A stretch of DNA of 64,000 bases from Akkermansiaceae bacterium (GTDB lineage: Bacteria > Verrucomicrobiota > Verrucomicrobiia > Verrucomicrobiales > Akkermansiaceae). The DNA lies in assembly GCA_051251915.1 (NCBI GenBank), contig JBPOGF010000020.1, positions 1 to 64,000 of the forward strand, given 5' to 3'. Both the position numbers and the translations under genes were made by a program. Each line of letters opens with the position of its first letter. Position 1 is the stretch's first letter. Shown piece by piece: positions 28,183-38,913 of this stretch. The notes below the pieces were generated by a model. That model saw only the letters and a list, made by a program, of their open reading frames with translations, made no database searches and was not told the origin of the DNA.

Positions 28183-28962
28183 TTAACCTTTAGCAGGAGC
28201 CATCGATTTAAATCTAGTACAATAGCCGCCACCCTCTACGATAGCAGAAAGTTGCTCAGGTGCACGCCCATTCGCTATACAAGTCTCTATCCCCCCTTTG
28301 ACCGCCCTGCGGATCGCCGTAAGCTTAGCCTCCATTCCACCCATAGACATTTTACCAGACACCTCTTCAGCAAAATCCATCACCTTATCAATATCTTCCA
28401 CCTCACGGATAATGTCGCCACCTATCTCACCATGTGGATAGAGTCCATCAATCGTAGAAAAAATGATGAGCTGGTCAGCATTCACTAGCTCTGCCACACG
28501 TACCGCTAGCATATCATTATCTCCCACTGAGAAATTATTGAATGCCACTGAATCATTCTGATTAATAATAGGAACCACTCTTGGCTCATCTAACAGCCGC
28601 GTCAAAGTAGCCTTAGTATTTGATCTCCGCTCATCATCGCGGAAATCATCAGCCGTCCTAAGTAATTGAGCCACATTCATCCGGTAGTGACCAAATAAAT
28701 TTTCATAAGCATGCATAAGCCGACACTGCCCAACTGCAGACACCGCCTGCTTAGTAGCAAGGTCTTTAGGATACTCTCGTAGCCCAAATGCTGTGACTCC
28801 TGCTCCTACCGCTCCACTGGATACGAGGATACACTTCCCTGTATCTCCTACTGTTCTAGCGATAGCGTTAACTAAACGAAGAAGCGATTCTCCATCTAAA
28901 GATGCATCTTCCGCTCTTGTGAGCACCCCTGTTCCGACTTTTACTACAATTGTTTTATCCAC
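28183..28962 (-). CDS. proB: Glutamate 5-kinase (no PUA domain), copy linked to proA
   Basis: VVKVGT, VSSGAV, AVGQ, INQND, GDNDML and GGMEAK motifs. Confidence 0.9.
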   Translation of the reverse strand: MDKTIVVKVGTGVLTRAEDASLDGESLLRLVNAIARTVGDTGKCILVSSGAVGAGVTAFGLREYPKDLATKQAVSAVGQCRLMHAYENLFGHYRMNVAQLLRTADDFRDDERRSNTKATLTRLLDEPRVVPIINQNDSVAFNNFSVGDNDMLAVRVAELVNADQLIIFSTIDGLYPHGEIGGDIIREVEDIDKVMDFAEEVSGKMSMGGMEAKLTAIRRAVKGGIETCIANGRAPEQLSAIVEGGGYCTRFKSMAPAKG

Positions 28963-29220
28963 TTATATATGTTGTTATTTAATTCTAGCCTGAAATCAGT
29001 TTAGCGAGACTATCAAAAAGATGGGCTGAGTTATCCTCCATTGACATCACATATTGTTAGCTACAACCACTAACACGACGTCTTAGTCTCACCGAACTAA
29101 CGGCTGAGTAAATTCATAGTAAATTTATAAGTTCAGAATGCAAATGATTAATCTGACTGTATTCATCAAAGATTCGTAACATTTATGAATAGAACCCTTT
29201 ATCAAGAAAGAGATCAACAC

Positions 29221-29295
29221 TGGTAGGCTCACTAGGGATCGAACCTAGATCTACGGTTCCGGAAACCGTCGTTCTATCCATTGAACTATGAACCC
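29221..29295 (-). tRNA. tRNA-Arg(CCG)
   Basis: GGGTTCATAGTTCAATGGATAGAACGACGGTTTCCGGAACCGTAGATCTAGGTTCGATCCCTAGTGAGCCTACCA: cloverleaf, anticodon CCG, GTTCGA T-loop and encoded CCA. Confidence 0.97.
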
Positions 29296-29337
29296 ACTTA
29301 TAAGTGTTTGCGTCGCTGAGACGAGAGACTTCTTACA

Positions 29338-30468
29338 CTAATGTTTGGCTTTTGCCACCCTAGAAACAAATTTATTCATCTCCGCCTCTTTTTCCTCGAT
29401 ACACGCCACAAGTTTCAGCTGCGTTCGACAACGCACAAGATTGTGATCCGTATACTCGGTCTTGAAATACATGTCACCTTCCAGGTAATCCGTCAGAAAA
29501 CGAATCCCCACTTCCAGAGTCATCAGCTTCCCACCAGTCACTAAGTTTTCTATCTCCAAAGACGTCAGACAATCACAACCATCGATATAGCCCTCAGCTA
29601 GCGCCTCGAACATCGGCATCCTCATCTCTACTTTACTTAGATCCTTTTCATCCTCTTCCACCGGTGAAGTAGCAGTCCTAACCAGATCGCCGAAGTCATA
29701 CAGTGAAAGACCAGGCATAACCGTATCCAGATCTATCACGCAAACCGCTTCATCAGACTCCGCATCCATCATCACATTATTCAGCTTCGTGTCATTGTGA
29801 GTCACTCGCACAGGCAGTTTCCCTTGCTCAGCCAGCTCCACTAGATGTTTGCACAAACCTTCACGCTGCTGGATAAAATTCACCTCCGCCTGCACACTTT
29901 CAAGCCTCCCCTTCGGATCAGCCGCTATCACCTCCATCAGCCTAGCATAGCGCTTCGGAGTATTATGAAAATCTGGAATAGTTTCCTCCACCTCATCGAT
30001 GGGCATATCACTCACCAGATCTTGAAATGAACCAAACGCTTTAGCCGCCTGATAGGCCTGACGCGTATTCTCCACCACATCATAAGTGTGGCAGTCCTCA
30101 ATGAAATTATAACAACGCCAAACACCACCATCAGCATCATAAGCAAATGACCTCCCTCCTCGCGCTGGATAAATATTCAAAGTCTGCCCCCCAAGATCCT
30201 TTTTCACCCGCAGCACCTTCCAGTTAATATGTCGAGTCACCGCCTCCACATTCCTCATCACAAGCAATGGATCTTTAAAAACAAACTCATTAATACGCTG
30301 AAGAATATACCTAGATCGCTTACCACTTAACTCCTCATAGACAGCCAAATAGGTATTATTTATATGCCCACTATCTATTTCTATACCTTCCACATACTCA
30401 CCCGATATAGCAAATTCATGGCTGATCAATTTGATCGCGTCTTGGTTCTGTTTTATAGGATGGCTCAT
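29338..30468 (-). CDS. Aminoglycoside phosphotransferase / N-acetylhexosamine 1-kinase-like kinase
   Basis: GHINNTY, ILQRIN, RVTHNDTKLNN, IDLDTVMPG and RFLTDYL motifs. Confidence 0.85.
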   Translation of the reverse strand: MSHPIKQNQDAIKLISHEFAISGEYVEGIEIDSGHINNTYLAVYEELSGKRSRYILQRINEFVFKDPLLVMRNVEAVTRHINWKVLRVKKDLGGQTLNIYPARGGRSFAYDADGGVWRCYNFIEDCHTYDVVENTRQAYQAAKAFGSFQDLVSDMPIDEVEETIPDFHNTPKRYARLMEVIAADPKGRLESVQAEVNFIQQREGLCKHLVELAEQGKLPVRVTHNDTKLNNVMMDAESDEAVCVIDLDTVMPGLSLYDFGDLVRTATSPVEEDEKDLSKVEMRMPMFEALAEGYIDGCDCLTSLEIENLVTGGKLMTLEVGIRFLTDYLEGDMYFKTEYTDHNLVRCRTQLKLVACIEEKEAEMNKFVSRVAKAKH

Positions 30469-30580
30469 GAAATTGTGATTGCTGCTTACTTCTAATATTT
30501 ATTAGGACAGATGAACTAGCATACAAATACTAATTGGCAAACTGGAAACTACGTCCTTAGGCTACTTTATAGGCACACGC

Positions 30581-31234
30581 TTAACCTAGCGTCCCTATCT
30601 GATAGATCACTAAAGTACCACCCTTATCCATTTCCACTTCCTGCCGCTTCACCTTGCTACCAAGTAGTTGCTCCATTAAGCGGATTTCCTGCTTGATGAG
30701 ATTAGGATAAATCCGGAAGAGATCATGTAGCGGATTATGATATTCCTCGATCCGGAAACCATACTCCACATCATACTTACAGCGACTGAAGCACCCTGCC
30801 TTATCGCGTAAGTCTGCCAGCCTAGTTGCCTTCTCTACCAATGACTTCCCCTTATTGATCGACACTGACCAGTCATCCCTGAGCTTTTCAAAGTGATGAA
30901 AGAAAATCTTCTCTGGTGAGCTCTCACCAAAGAACTTCTGCATCCCCTCCATAACATTGATCACCAACTCTGAACCTGGTTGAGGGAAAAGCTCGTCGCA
31001 CTTAGGGGTAAGCTTATAGAGCTTCTCCGGTCTCCCCACCCCACTCCTTGGAACACGCCAAGTCTTCAGATATCCCATGATTTCGAGCTTCTGGCAGTGT
31101 TGCTTCACCCCCATATAGCTCATCTCTAACTCGCGTGCGAGATCCGCCACAGCCATACCTTGAGACTTTTTGATCGCCTCAATGATATTCAAGAGTTGTG
31201 GCTTTGAGAGATCTCGGAACGATTCGTTAAACAT
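30581..31234 (-). CDS. Winged-HTH transcriptional regulator (SufR/COG2345-like)
   Basis: LARELEMSYMGVKQHCQKLE and GVGRPEKLYKLT; starts 3 bp after purH. Confidence 0.75.
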   Translation of the reverse strand: MFNESFRDLSKPQLLNIIEAIKKSQGMAVADLARELEMSYMGVKQHCQKLEIMGYLKTWRVPRSGVGRPEKLYKLTPKCDELFPQPGSELVINVMEGMQKFFGESSPEKIFFHHFEKLRDDWSVSINKGKSLVEKATRLADLRDKAGCFSRCKYDVEYGFRIEEYHNPLHDLFRIYPNLIKQEIRLMEQLLGSKVKRQEVEMDKGGTLVIYQIGTLG

Positions 31235-31237
31235 CGC

Positions 31238-32782
31238 TTAATGTCTGAAATGTCTGTGCTCAGTGAAGATCATTGCGATTCCTGCAGCGTCTGCTGCAGC
31301 GATGACCTCTTTATCGCGGATTGAACCACCAGGCTGGATACAAGCAGTCGCTCCAGCTTTGATCGCTGCGTCTAGCCCGTCAGCAAATGGAAATAACCCA
31401 TCAGATGCCAGCACACTGCCTTCAAGTGAAAGCCCAGCTTCTTCAGCTTTCCAAACAGCAAGTTTTGATGAATCTACACGACTCATCTGTCCAGCCCCAA
31501 TACCGAGTGTGCGGTCAGCTTTAGCAAATACAATAGCATTTGACTTCACATGCTTCACCACTCTCCATGCGAACCTCATCGCTCTCATTTCTTCTTCCGT
31601 AGGAGGACGCTTCGTCACTACTTTTTCTTCTAGATTCTCAAGTCCAAGAGCCGTGTGATCACGGTCCATCACCATGATTCCACCTGGTGCAGATCTCAGC
31701 ATTGGCTGCTCTTTTTCCATCTTATACTTATCTACATGCATTTTGATCAAGCGGAGATTTTTCTTCTTCTGCAAGATAGCACGTGCTTCCGCCTCGTAAT
31801 CTGGAGCAATGATCACATCAGTGAAGATTTCGCTAATCACACGAGCCAGCTTCTCAGTAAGCGGACGGTTACAAACAATCACGCCACCGAACGGAGCCTG
31901 TGTGTCAGTCTCGAATGCACGATTCCATGCCTTACGAAGACATTCATCATCCTGTCCTATTCCGCATGGGTTTGTGTGCTTCAAGATCGCTACAGTAGGA
32001 CGAGCAAAGTCAAAGATAATGTCAGCAGCAGCTTCGATATCTAGCACGTTTGTATAGCTGAGCTCCTTGCCCTGAAGTTGGCTGAAATACTCATTAAAGT
32101 TACCATACAGTGTCGCTGTCTGATGCGGGTTATCTCCATAACGAAGATTGCGCTCAAATGGTAATGTAAGGGAGAAAGATGACCGAGTGCACTCAGATGA
32201 CTGACTAAGGAAATTGTTAATCGCCCCATCATAAGTAGATGTTCTAAGGAATACCTTGATCGCACAAGCCTCTCTCAGCTTACGTGTTGTATCACCGCCA
32301 TTTTCCTCCATTTCTTTAAGCACACGCGGGTAGTCTTCCACATCCACTACTACCGTAACACTATCATAGTTTTTAGCAGCTGACCGAAGCATTGATGGCC
32401 CACCGATATCGATGTTCTCGATCGCCTCTTCCAGAGTCACACCTGGCTTAGCAATAGTTTCTTCAAATGGATAAAGGTTCACCACAACGAGATCGATCTC
32501 AGGGATGTTATTATCCTTAGCTTGCTGTTGGTGCTCCTTACTATCTCGGCGCTGTAGCAGACCACCATGAACCATCGGATGCAGTGTCTTTACTCTACCG
32601 TCAAATAGTTCCGGTGCTCCAGTATATTCAGAGACATCGATCACTGGTAGATCTGCATCACGGATTGCCTTGGCTGTGCCCCCTGTTGAAAGTAACTCCA
32701 CTCCCATCTTGTGAAGTCCCGTTGCGAATTCGACCAATCCGGTCTTGTCTGATACTGAAAGTAGTGCGCGTTTGATAGCCAT
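31238..32782 (-). CDS. purH: Bifunctional AICAR transformylase / IMP cyclohydrolase
   Basis: RALLSVSDK, GRVKTLHP, IDIGGP, KHTNPCG, VKSNAI, GAGQMSRVD, QPGGS and RHFRH motifs. Confidence 0.97.
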   Translation of the reverse strand: MAIKRALLSVSDKTGLVEFATGLHKMGVELLSTGGTAKAIRDADLPVIDVSEYTGAPELFDGRVKTLHPMVHGGLLQRRDSKEHQQQAKDNNIPEIDLVVVNLYPFEETIAKPGVTLEEAIENIDIGGPSMLRSAAKNYDSVTVVVDVEDYPRVLKEMEENGGDTTRKLREACAIKVFLRTSTYDGAINNFLSQSSECTRSSFSLTLPFERNLRYGDNPHQTATLYGNFNEYFSQLQGKELSYTNVLDIEAAADIIFDFARPTVAILKHTNPCGIGQDDECLRKAWNRAFETDTQAPFGGVIVCNRPLTEKLARVISEIFTDVIIAPDYEAEARAILQKKKNLRLIKMHVDKYKMEKEQPMLRSAPGGIMVMDRDHTALGLENLEEKVVTKRPPTEEEMRAMRFAWRVVKHVKSNAIVFAKADRTLGIGAGQMSRVDSSKLAVWKAEEAGLSLEGSVLASDGLFPFADGLDAAIKAGATACIQPGGSIRDKEVIAAADAAGIAMIFTEHRHFRH

Positions 32783-32934
32783 ATGATTAATAATGTTGTA
32801 ATTGATTAGATAAGATGGAAGAGAGTCAGTTTCTTGAGTTGTTTTTGAAAATTAGTGATGTGCTGTTAACGGATCTAGCCAAGGTGGGCAAGTCGAATAT
32901 GTTGCTTTGTTTTGTCAGAAAATAGGCAGGTAAT

Positions 32935-34524
32935 TTAAATCGTTTTTTTGACATCCTCAGGGACAGGAACCGCAACTGGAGGCTCTGGAACCTTAGGTAT
33001 TTTAGGCAAAACCATAGCCTCCCTAATCACATTCCCAGCTCTATTCCCCTCAGCGGTCGCTGAAATAAAGTTTTCTACAGTCGAAGCTGGATCAATAAAG
33101 TATCCAGCCTCACCATTCTTATTCGAAACAATAATCCCACAGGTAAGCTTTGTCCCCTTACCTTGCAGCACTAAGCCTGAAAGTAGGTTGCCTGATGAAA
33201 ATACACGCTCCATTTTAGCTTCGGCCTGTGAATTAATCACAATCCCACACTGACTGTTATTCTGAGTTTTCACCTGAACTAAATCCACCTTAGCTCCCAA
33301 TCCCATGATCAGAACTCCAGTACCTGCATTTTCATCAGCTGTAACATTCGTGAGCTTTCCGCTTGCTCCATTCCAGAAATCAACCCCATGGTCAAAATTA
33401 CCAGAAATATCACTATCCTTGATTTCAGCAACGCTTTTCACCCCCATCACGCTAACCCCATCCCAAGCATTCTTTGAAACATGACACTTCTCCATGATCA
33501 ACTTTCCTGAAATTACTGCCACACCGTGACCAGATCCCTTTTCCACAGTGACATTACGCATCGTTAAATTCGCATTCAACGCAATCAATGGGAACCTCTC
33601 CACTCTATCGTCCTCATAGTTAGATCCAGTTACCGTAAGATCTGAAATAGTGTAGAACTCATCAGCCCCTGTAAGAGTAAAAGCAGAATTAGTCGTAGTG
33701 TCACATTCGATAGAGGTAAGTTTTTCTCCCTGACCTTTAATGTTCACCCCCTTATTGAGCAACGTCGGAAACTTATGCACTCCCGCTCCAAGAATTGCCG
33801 TATCGCCAGCACGTAATCGATCTACCGCATCGCTTAATGTCGCCACGTCCTCAGGAACTCGCAGCGAATAAGGATAAGCATTAATTTTTTTGCGTAACTC
33901 AACGGATGGAGCATGCATTGGATAAATCAGTAAAGCACGGTCTAGTAAAGCTACAGCCTCAGCTGAGTATTTACCATCATCCAACTGCTTAGCAGCTGTT
34001 AGCAACTTCTCGACCTCAAGTATATCTTCACGCTCCTTAGCCTTCCCCTTCACTATCAAATCATTAAAACGAGCCACTTCCGTAAGCGCATATTCATCAT
34101 CTAACAGTAACCCAATCTTATTCTCCGCCACCTTCCACTGTCTAGCAGCAAGAGCCTGTTCCACGGCCTTTACATTTTTCGAGATGCGTTCTTCTTTATC
34201 TTTTTCAGCCTTCTCTATAAGCTTACGCTCCTTCTCAGCTTTTCTCCTATCAAGCTCCTTCTGTATCTTTAATTTTTGTTCCGCTGTAAGCTCGGGCGGA
34301 GCTTGCTTAGTCACTTGCTCTTCAACAACCACCTCTTTGAGGGGTAGTTTTTCCGACTCATAGTTTCTTGGCGTCCTAGGAAATAGATGCAACAACAGCA
34401 GCCAAGAGACAAAGCCCACCACCGTGGCAGCACTCACAAAAACCAACACATTAACCAACGTCCCACCCTTGCGACCGTTACGGGAGGCTGGCATATAACG
34501 CAGAAATGTAATAGGATTTTTCAA
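32935..34524 (-). CDS. Membrane-anchored protein with coiled-coil/TPR-like region and right-handed beta-helix repeats
   Basis: One N-terminal TM helix, charged helices and repeated 'N...GV' beta-helix units. Confidence 0.7.
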   Translation of the reverse strand: MKNPITFLRYMPASRNGRKGGTLVNVLVFVSAATVVGFVSWLLLLHLFPRTPRNYESEKLPLKEVVVEEQVTKQAPPELTAEQKLKIQKELDRRKAEKERKLIEKAEKDKEERISKNVKAVEQALAARQWKVAENKIGLLLDDEYALTEVARFNDLIVKGKAKEREDILEVEKLLTAAKQLDDGKYSAEAVALLDRALLIYPMHAPSVELRKKINAYPYSLRVPEDVATLSDAVDRLRAGDTAILGAGVHKFPTLLNKGVNIKGQGEKLTSIECDTTTNSAFTLTGADEFYTISDLTVTGSNYEDDRVERFPLIALNANLTMRNVTVEKGSGHGVAVISGKLIMEKCHVSKNAWDGVSVMGVKSVAEIKDSDISGNFDHGVDFWNGASGKLTNVTADENAGTGVLIMGLGAKVDLVQVKTQNNSQCGIVINSQAEAKMERVFSSGNLLSGLVLQGKGTKLTCGIIVSNKNGEAGYFIDPASTVENFISATAEGNRAGNVIREAMVLPKIPKVPEPPVAVPVPEDVKKTI

Positions 34525-34545
34525 ATCAAAATAGATGAAATCAAA

Positions 34546-35163
34546 TCAACGAGGATCTTCAAGCTCGCTAATAGCCTTCATCACTATATCAGCAATCGCT
34601 TGATAACCTTCTTTACCGCGATACTGCTTCAGCGTTTCTTTATCAAAGTGAATTGGATCACCCACCACCACTGAAATCTGCTTCATCTTCATTTTACCAG
34701 ACCCCCTAGGAAGAGCCTCTCTAGCCCCAAAGATGCGCATCGGCTGAACGGTCGTTTGTGACTTCGCAATGATCAACCCCACACCAGGAAGCGCCGGTAA
34801 GAGTTTACCAGTAAGCGTACGCTCACCTTCAGGAAACATCACTACCTTTTTGCCTTCCTTCAATGCCTTAATAATTTTTTTCAACCCCGTCATATCAGGA
34901 TTATCCTGATCCACAGGAATAGCATCCCACCGAGTATAAAGCCATTTCCCAAGCCCTCGAAACAAAGTCTTACGTGCTAAATAAGTCACATTCTCAGGAT
35001 GCGAAATACCAATCAATGGTGGGTCTAAAAAGCTCTCGTGATTCGCAGCCATCATCACTCCACCCTCTTTCACAAGCTTCTCCTCATTGACAACGTTCAA
35101 GTTGTAAAACGCTTTTCCCGCACTCCTAAAAAACGTGTAGCCTATCCAGTAAATTGTCTTCAT
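34546..35163 (-). CDS. plsC: 1-acyl-sn-glycerol-3-phosphate acyltransferase
   Basis: NHESFLDP and FPEGER motifs; ATG at 35163. Confidence 0.88.
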   Translation of the reverse strand: MKTIYWIGYTFFRSAGKAFYNLNVVNEEKLVKEGGVMMAANHESFLDPPLIGISHPENVTYLARKTLFRGLGKWLYTRWDAIPVDQDNPDMTGLKKIIKALKEGKKVVMFPEGERTLTGKLLPALPGVGLIIAKSQTTVQPMRIFGAREALPRGSGKMKMKQISVVVGDPIHFDKETLKQYRGKEGYQAIADIVMKAISELEDPR

Positions 35164-35173
35164 AGCTTCTTTA

Positions 35174-35857
35174 TTAACAGTTAACGTTACCCTTATCCAG
35201 CATACATTCAGGCGCTCCATTCTCTCTAAGAACCTCTATCGCAGCCGAAACAACTTCATCAATACTCATTTCACTCGAATCAATAACCACCGCACCATCT
35301 GCAACCTTGAGCGGAGAAGTCTTGCGCTTGCTGTCCTCAGCATCGCGCTTCGCCACCGCATCATCCAGCCCCTCAGCAGATCTTCTCGCCAACCGAACTT
35401 CCTCAGAAGCGTCAATGTAAATTTTAAACGGCGTATCAGGAAATACCACACTGCCAATGTCTCTTCCCTCCATCACAACACTACCAAGTTGTAAATAATC
35501 ACGCTGCTTCGCCACCAAAAGCTCTCTAACCTCAGGAATAGCAGCCACACGAGAAACTCGTTGGTTCACAGCATCTTGCCTCAGCTCATCACCAGGATAA
35601 AAACCATCCACCAAAATCGTTGAAACTCCATCTTCCACACCACAGCTAAAGTCCACTTTTGACAGCATCTCTGTCACCGCTACAGAATCATCTGGATCCA
35701 CACCATCGCGTAATGTTGCCCATGCCACTGCACGATACATCGCACCAGTATTCACCATGATCAGCCCCATCTTCTTCGCTAATGTCTTCGCAACCGTACT
35801 CTTTCCAGAGGCCGCTGGCCCATCGATTGCGACTGCTATATTCTTATCCCCGCTCAT
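35174..35857 (-). CDS. cmk: Cytidylate kinase
   Basis: AIDGPAASGKST, TGAMYRA and MEGRDIGSVVFP motifs; ATG at 35857. Confidence 0.95.
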   Translation of the reverse strand: MSGDKNIAVAIDGPAASGKSTVAKTLAKKMGLIMVNTGAMYRAVAWATLRDGVDPDDSVAVTEMLSKVDFSCGVEDGVSTILVDGFYPGDELRQDAVNQRVSRVAAIPEVRELLVAKQRDYLQLGSVVMEGRDIGSVVFPDTPFKIYIDASEEVRLARRSAEGLDDAVAKRDAEDSKRKTSPLKVADGAVVIDSSEMSIDEVVSAAIEVLRENGAPECMLDKGNVNC

Positions 35858-35894
35858 GCGCAGACCGTAGCTGATTCTTAAGAAATGAAAAGTA

Positions 35895-37184
35895 TTATCC
35901 TGTGCAAATACTAGCGAACTTCTCGAAATAATCAGGAAACGTCTTCGCCGTGCAACCAGGGTCATTAATAATCACAGCCGTATCACTCAGAGCCACTAGT
36001 GAAAAACACATCGCAATCCTGTGGTCATCATAAGTATCAATTTCTGCCAATTTCAACTCAGCCAACGGAATAGGCGTGATCTCAATAAAATCTTCTCCCT
36101 CCACTACCTCCACGCCCAACTTACGCAACTCCGTAGCCATCGCATAAAGTCGGTCAGTCTCCTTCACCCGCCAGTTATAAATATTCCTGATCGCCGTCTT
36201 CCCTTCAGCAAAAAGCGCCGCCGTAGCGATAGTCATCGCAGCATCCGGAATGTGATTCATATCCTGATCCACCCCGACCAATTTGCCAGACTTCACAGAA
36301 ATATACTCATCTCCCCACTCGACCTCAGCACCCATATCTGCCAGAACATTCGCAAACTGAACATCACCCTGGACGCTAGATTTGCCTATCCCAGTAACCT
36401 TCACCTCACCACCCTTAATAGCTGCCGCCGCCATGAAGTAAGATGCGGAAGACGCATCCCCCTCCACCATGAACACGCCCGGTGACTGATACAACTGCCC
36501 AGCCTTCACCCTAAACACAGTGAAATCATCATGCTCCACCTGAACACCAAATTTCGCCATGATATCCAACGTAATCAAAATGTATGGCTTAGAAACCAAC
36601 TCACCAACAATCGTAATCTCACTATCCTCCTGCGCCATCGGAGCCGCCATCAATAAGGCAGTCAGAAACTGGCTAGAAATAGAACCATCTATATTAATCT
36701 TCCCCCCCTTCATCCCATTCGCTGAAATCTTCAATGGCGGATAACCTTCATTCTTCAAACACTCCACACCACACCCCGCTTCACGCAATGCATCAATCAG
36801 TGCATCAATAGGCCGCTCCTCCATACGAGGCTCACCAGTCAAAGTATACTCACCCTTACCAAGACAAAGCGCCGCACATAAAGGACGCATCGCAGTCCCC
36901 GCATTCCCCAAGAAAAGCTCCAAGGCCTCCGCATTCTCAAACGTACCACCGTTACCAGTAACAGAGCACACAGTCTTATCCTCAGACAGATCATACTTCA
37001 CACCTATCTTAGTCAGCGCATTCAGCATATGCCGAATGTCATCACTATCTAACAGATTGCGAATTTCAGTCACCCCTTCAGCCAATGCAGCCAACAAAAG
37101 CGCCCTATTCGATAAACTCTTTGACCCCGGCAAATTGATTACTCCATCGACCTTAGCGATCGGTTCTAGTCTTAATGATTCCAT
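35895..37184 (-). CDS. aroA: EPSP synthase (class I type)
   Basis: [38 protein letters not shown] and DDHRIAM motifs. Confidence 0.97.
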   Translation of the reverse strand: MESLRLEPIAKVDGVINLPGSKSLSNRALLLAALAEGVTEIRNLLDSDDIRHMLNALTKIGVKYDLSEDKTVCSVTGNGGTFENAEALELFLGNAGTAMRPLCAALCLGKGEYTLTGEPRMEERPIDALIDALREAGCGVECLKNEGYPPLKISANGMKGGKINIDGSISSQFLTALLMAAPMAQEDSEITIVGELVSKPYILITLDIMAKFGVQVEHDDFTVFRVKAGQLYQSPGVFMVEGDASSASYFMAAAAIKGGEVKVTGIGKSSVQGDVQFANVLADMGAEVEWGDEYISVKSGKLVGVDQDMNHIPDAAMTIATAALFAEGKTAIRNIYNWRVKETDRLYAMATELRKLGVEVVEGEDFIEITPIPLAELKLAEIDTYDDHRIAMCFSLVALSDTAVIINDPGCTAKTFPDYFEKFASICTG

Positions 37185-37216
37185 GATAAATTCTTAAATT
37201 CTAAATGCTTAATTTT

Positions 37217-38062
37217 CTATATTAAATCTCTGCGTCGCTTGGCCTCGCTTAGATACTCCAGAAGCTCCCCCGCATTATTCGTCCTCAGCATTTCCTGAAA
37301 CTTAGCCAGCTCAGCTATGCTCTCAGTCAGAGACCGCTGAAGCGCATCTCTATTTTCTAACATAATCTCAGTCCACAACTCCGGATCACCCGCAGCCACA
37401 CGAGTCGTATCTCGCAACCCACCACCAGCCAACTCAGCAATATCGTCAAATGACAAGCCAACCATCGCCACCATACTCGCCATCGCATGCGGAAAATGAC
37501 TGATCCTAGCCACCGCATAATCATGATCCTCAGGGGTAAGTTTTCGCACCCTACACCCAAGCGACTGCCAAAAATGTTCTAACAACTCCACATCAGCCAC
37601 CTGAGCATACATATCACCACTCGTCAAAATACAAGCAGCACCATTTAGCAATTCACCATAAGCAGCAGAAAACCCCTTCTTCTCAGACCCCGCCATCGGA
37701 TGACTCCCCACATACCTAATACTAGTCCCCACCAGCAACGGCTCTATCTGCTCATGCGTAATCCGCTTCACACTCCCCACATCAGTGACCAAAAATCCTT
37801 CACCCCCACGCACCTCTAATAACTCTCTAACAAGCTGAGGCATCGTCCCCACCGGAGTGGCTAAAATCACAATATCTGCACCAGCCACTACCTCCGCAAA
37901 GTTTGAAGAAGCAAGCTCTATCCCCATTTTCCTAGCCTCAGCCGCAGTCTCTGACTTCCTTGCCCATAGCGCCACCTCCACATCAGGGAAGTTATCCCTA
38001 GTAGAAATTGCCACCGAGCCACCTAACAGCCCCGCCCCTAATATTGCCACTCGCTTGATCAT
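37217..38062 (-). CDS. tyrA: Prephenate/arogenate dehydrogenase
   Basis: GAGLLGGS, TDVGSVK, SHPMAGSE, HD..VARISHFPH and RDTTRVA motifs. Confidence 0.92.
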   Translation of the reverse strand: MIKRVAILGAGLLGGSVAISTRDNFPDVEVALWARKSETAAEARKMGIELASSNFAEVVAGADIVILATPVGTMPQLVRELLEVRGGEGFLVTDVGSVKRITHEQIEPLLVGTSIRYVGSHPMAGSEKKGFSAAYGELLNGAACILTSGDMYAQVADVELLEHFWQSLGCRVRKLTPEDHDYAVARISHFPHAMASMVAMVGLSFDDIAELAGGGLRDTTRVAAGDPELWTEIMLENRDALQRSLTESIAELAKFQEMLRTNNAGELLEYLSEAKRRRDLI

Positions 38063-38179
38063 TCGGCCAGAAAACTAATACACCGAGGCCTGACAAGCAA
38101 GACTCGGTGTAGATAAAATCTAGTATACTGATTCGGTTACATCCATAAGTGAATTTTGCCTCCTCATATACTTATGCGC

Positions 38180-38686
38180 TTAAGGCACTTTAAAAATGTG
38201 TGCTGGATTAGAATCATGCGGGTCACGCACCTTTGTCCCACTCGGTATCCCTCTCACATCCACTTGATTGTGAGTATACGGATTATAGACAAACCCTTGC
38301 TTCCCTGGAACAGGAGCTGCAAATTTCACTACTGCTGGCTTAACTACTGGTGGTTTAGCCACCTCAGGAGTTATAGAACCAGTAGCATTGCTAGCTACTT
38401 GATCTCTATATTCAGCAGCCTCTCTTTTCTCAGCATTCAACCTATTCTTCTCTTCTCTCTCAAGTCGTTCTTTACTACGCTGAAGCGCCGTCTTCTTTGA
38501 GTTAGCTGCTTCAGCTTTCTTCTTAGCGGCTGCCTCTAGCTCAGCAGGAGTTTTTAGCCCAGATGGTGTAGGCTGTATTGTCCCTGGGTTCATAGGGGTC
38601 ACTGGGTAGCAAGATACCAAGCCACTCAGACACGCTACTGATAATAGGGTGAATTTAAAATTCTGTTTTAATTCTGGAAGTTTCAT
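38180..38686 (-). CDS. Putative lipoprotein
   Basis: Lipobox-like LVSC; C-terminal PVPGKQGFVYNPY...VDVRGIPSGTKVRDP. Confidence 0.7.
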   Translation of the reverse strand: MKLPELKQNFKFTLLSVACLSGLVSCYPVTPMNPGTIQPTPSGLKTPAELEAAAKKKAEAANSKKTALQRSKERLEREEKNRLNAEKREAAEYRDQVASNATGSITPEVAKPPVVKPAVVKFAAPVPGKQGFVYNPYTHNQVDVRGIPSGTKVRDPHDSNPAHIFKVP

Positions 38687-38862
38687 TTTTGTATTAGATA
38701 AAATTTAGATCCGCAGCTCGTTCAGAGCTTATAATCTGTTCTGTTGTTGTATTATTCCTGAGACCAACAACGTTGTATTCAATACGACAATTGTCAAGCC
38801 CCTCTGTCTTCTTTCTTGAGAATAAATTGCTGGTTTTCAGCAAACTTACTCACCTTAGTTTT

Positions 38863-38895
38863 AAAAAGCGGGACCAGCTTACCCAATCCCGCTTT
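38863..38895 (-). terminator. Probable terminator after the MscS-like gene
   Basis: AAAGCGGGA...TCCCGCTTT inverted repeat with an A/T tract. Confidence 0.6.
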
Positions 38896-38913
38896 AATAA
38901 TTATTTTCTAGAC

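Noticed and set aside
29221..29295. tRNA-anchored genomic island
   Set aside because: No integrase and no duplicated tRNA 3' end were seen, and the flanking genes are housekeeping.
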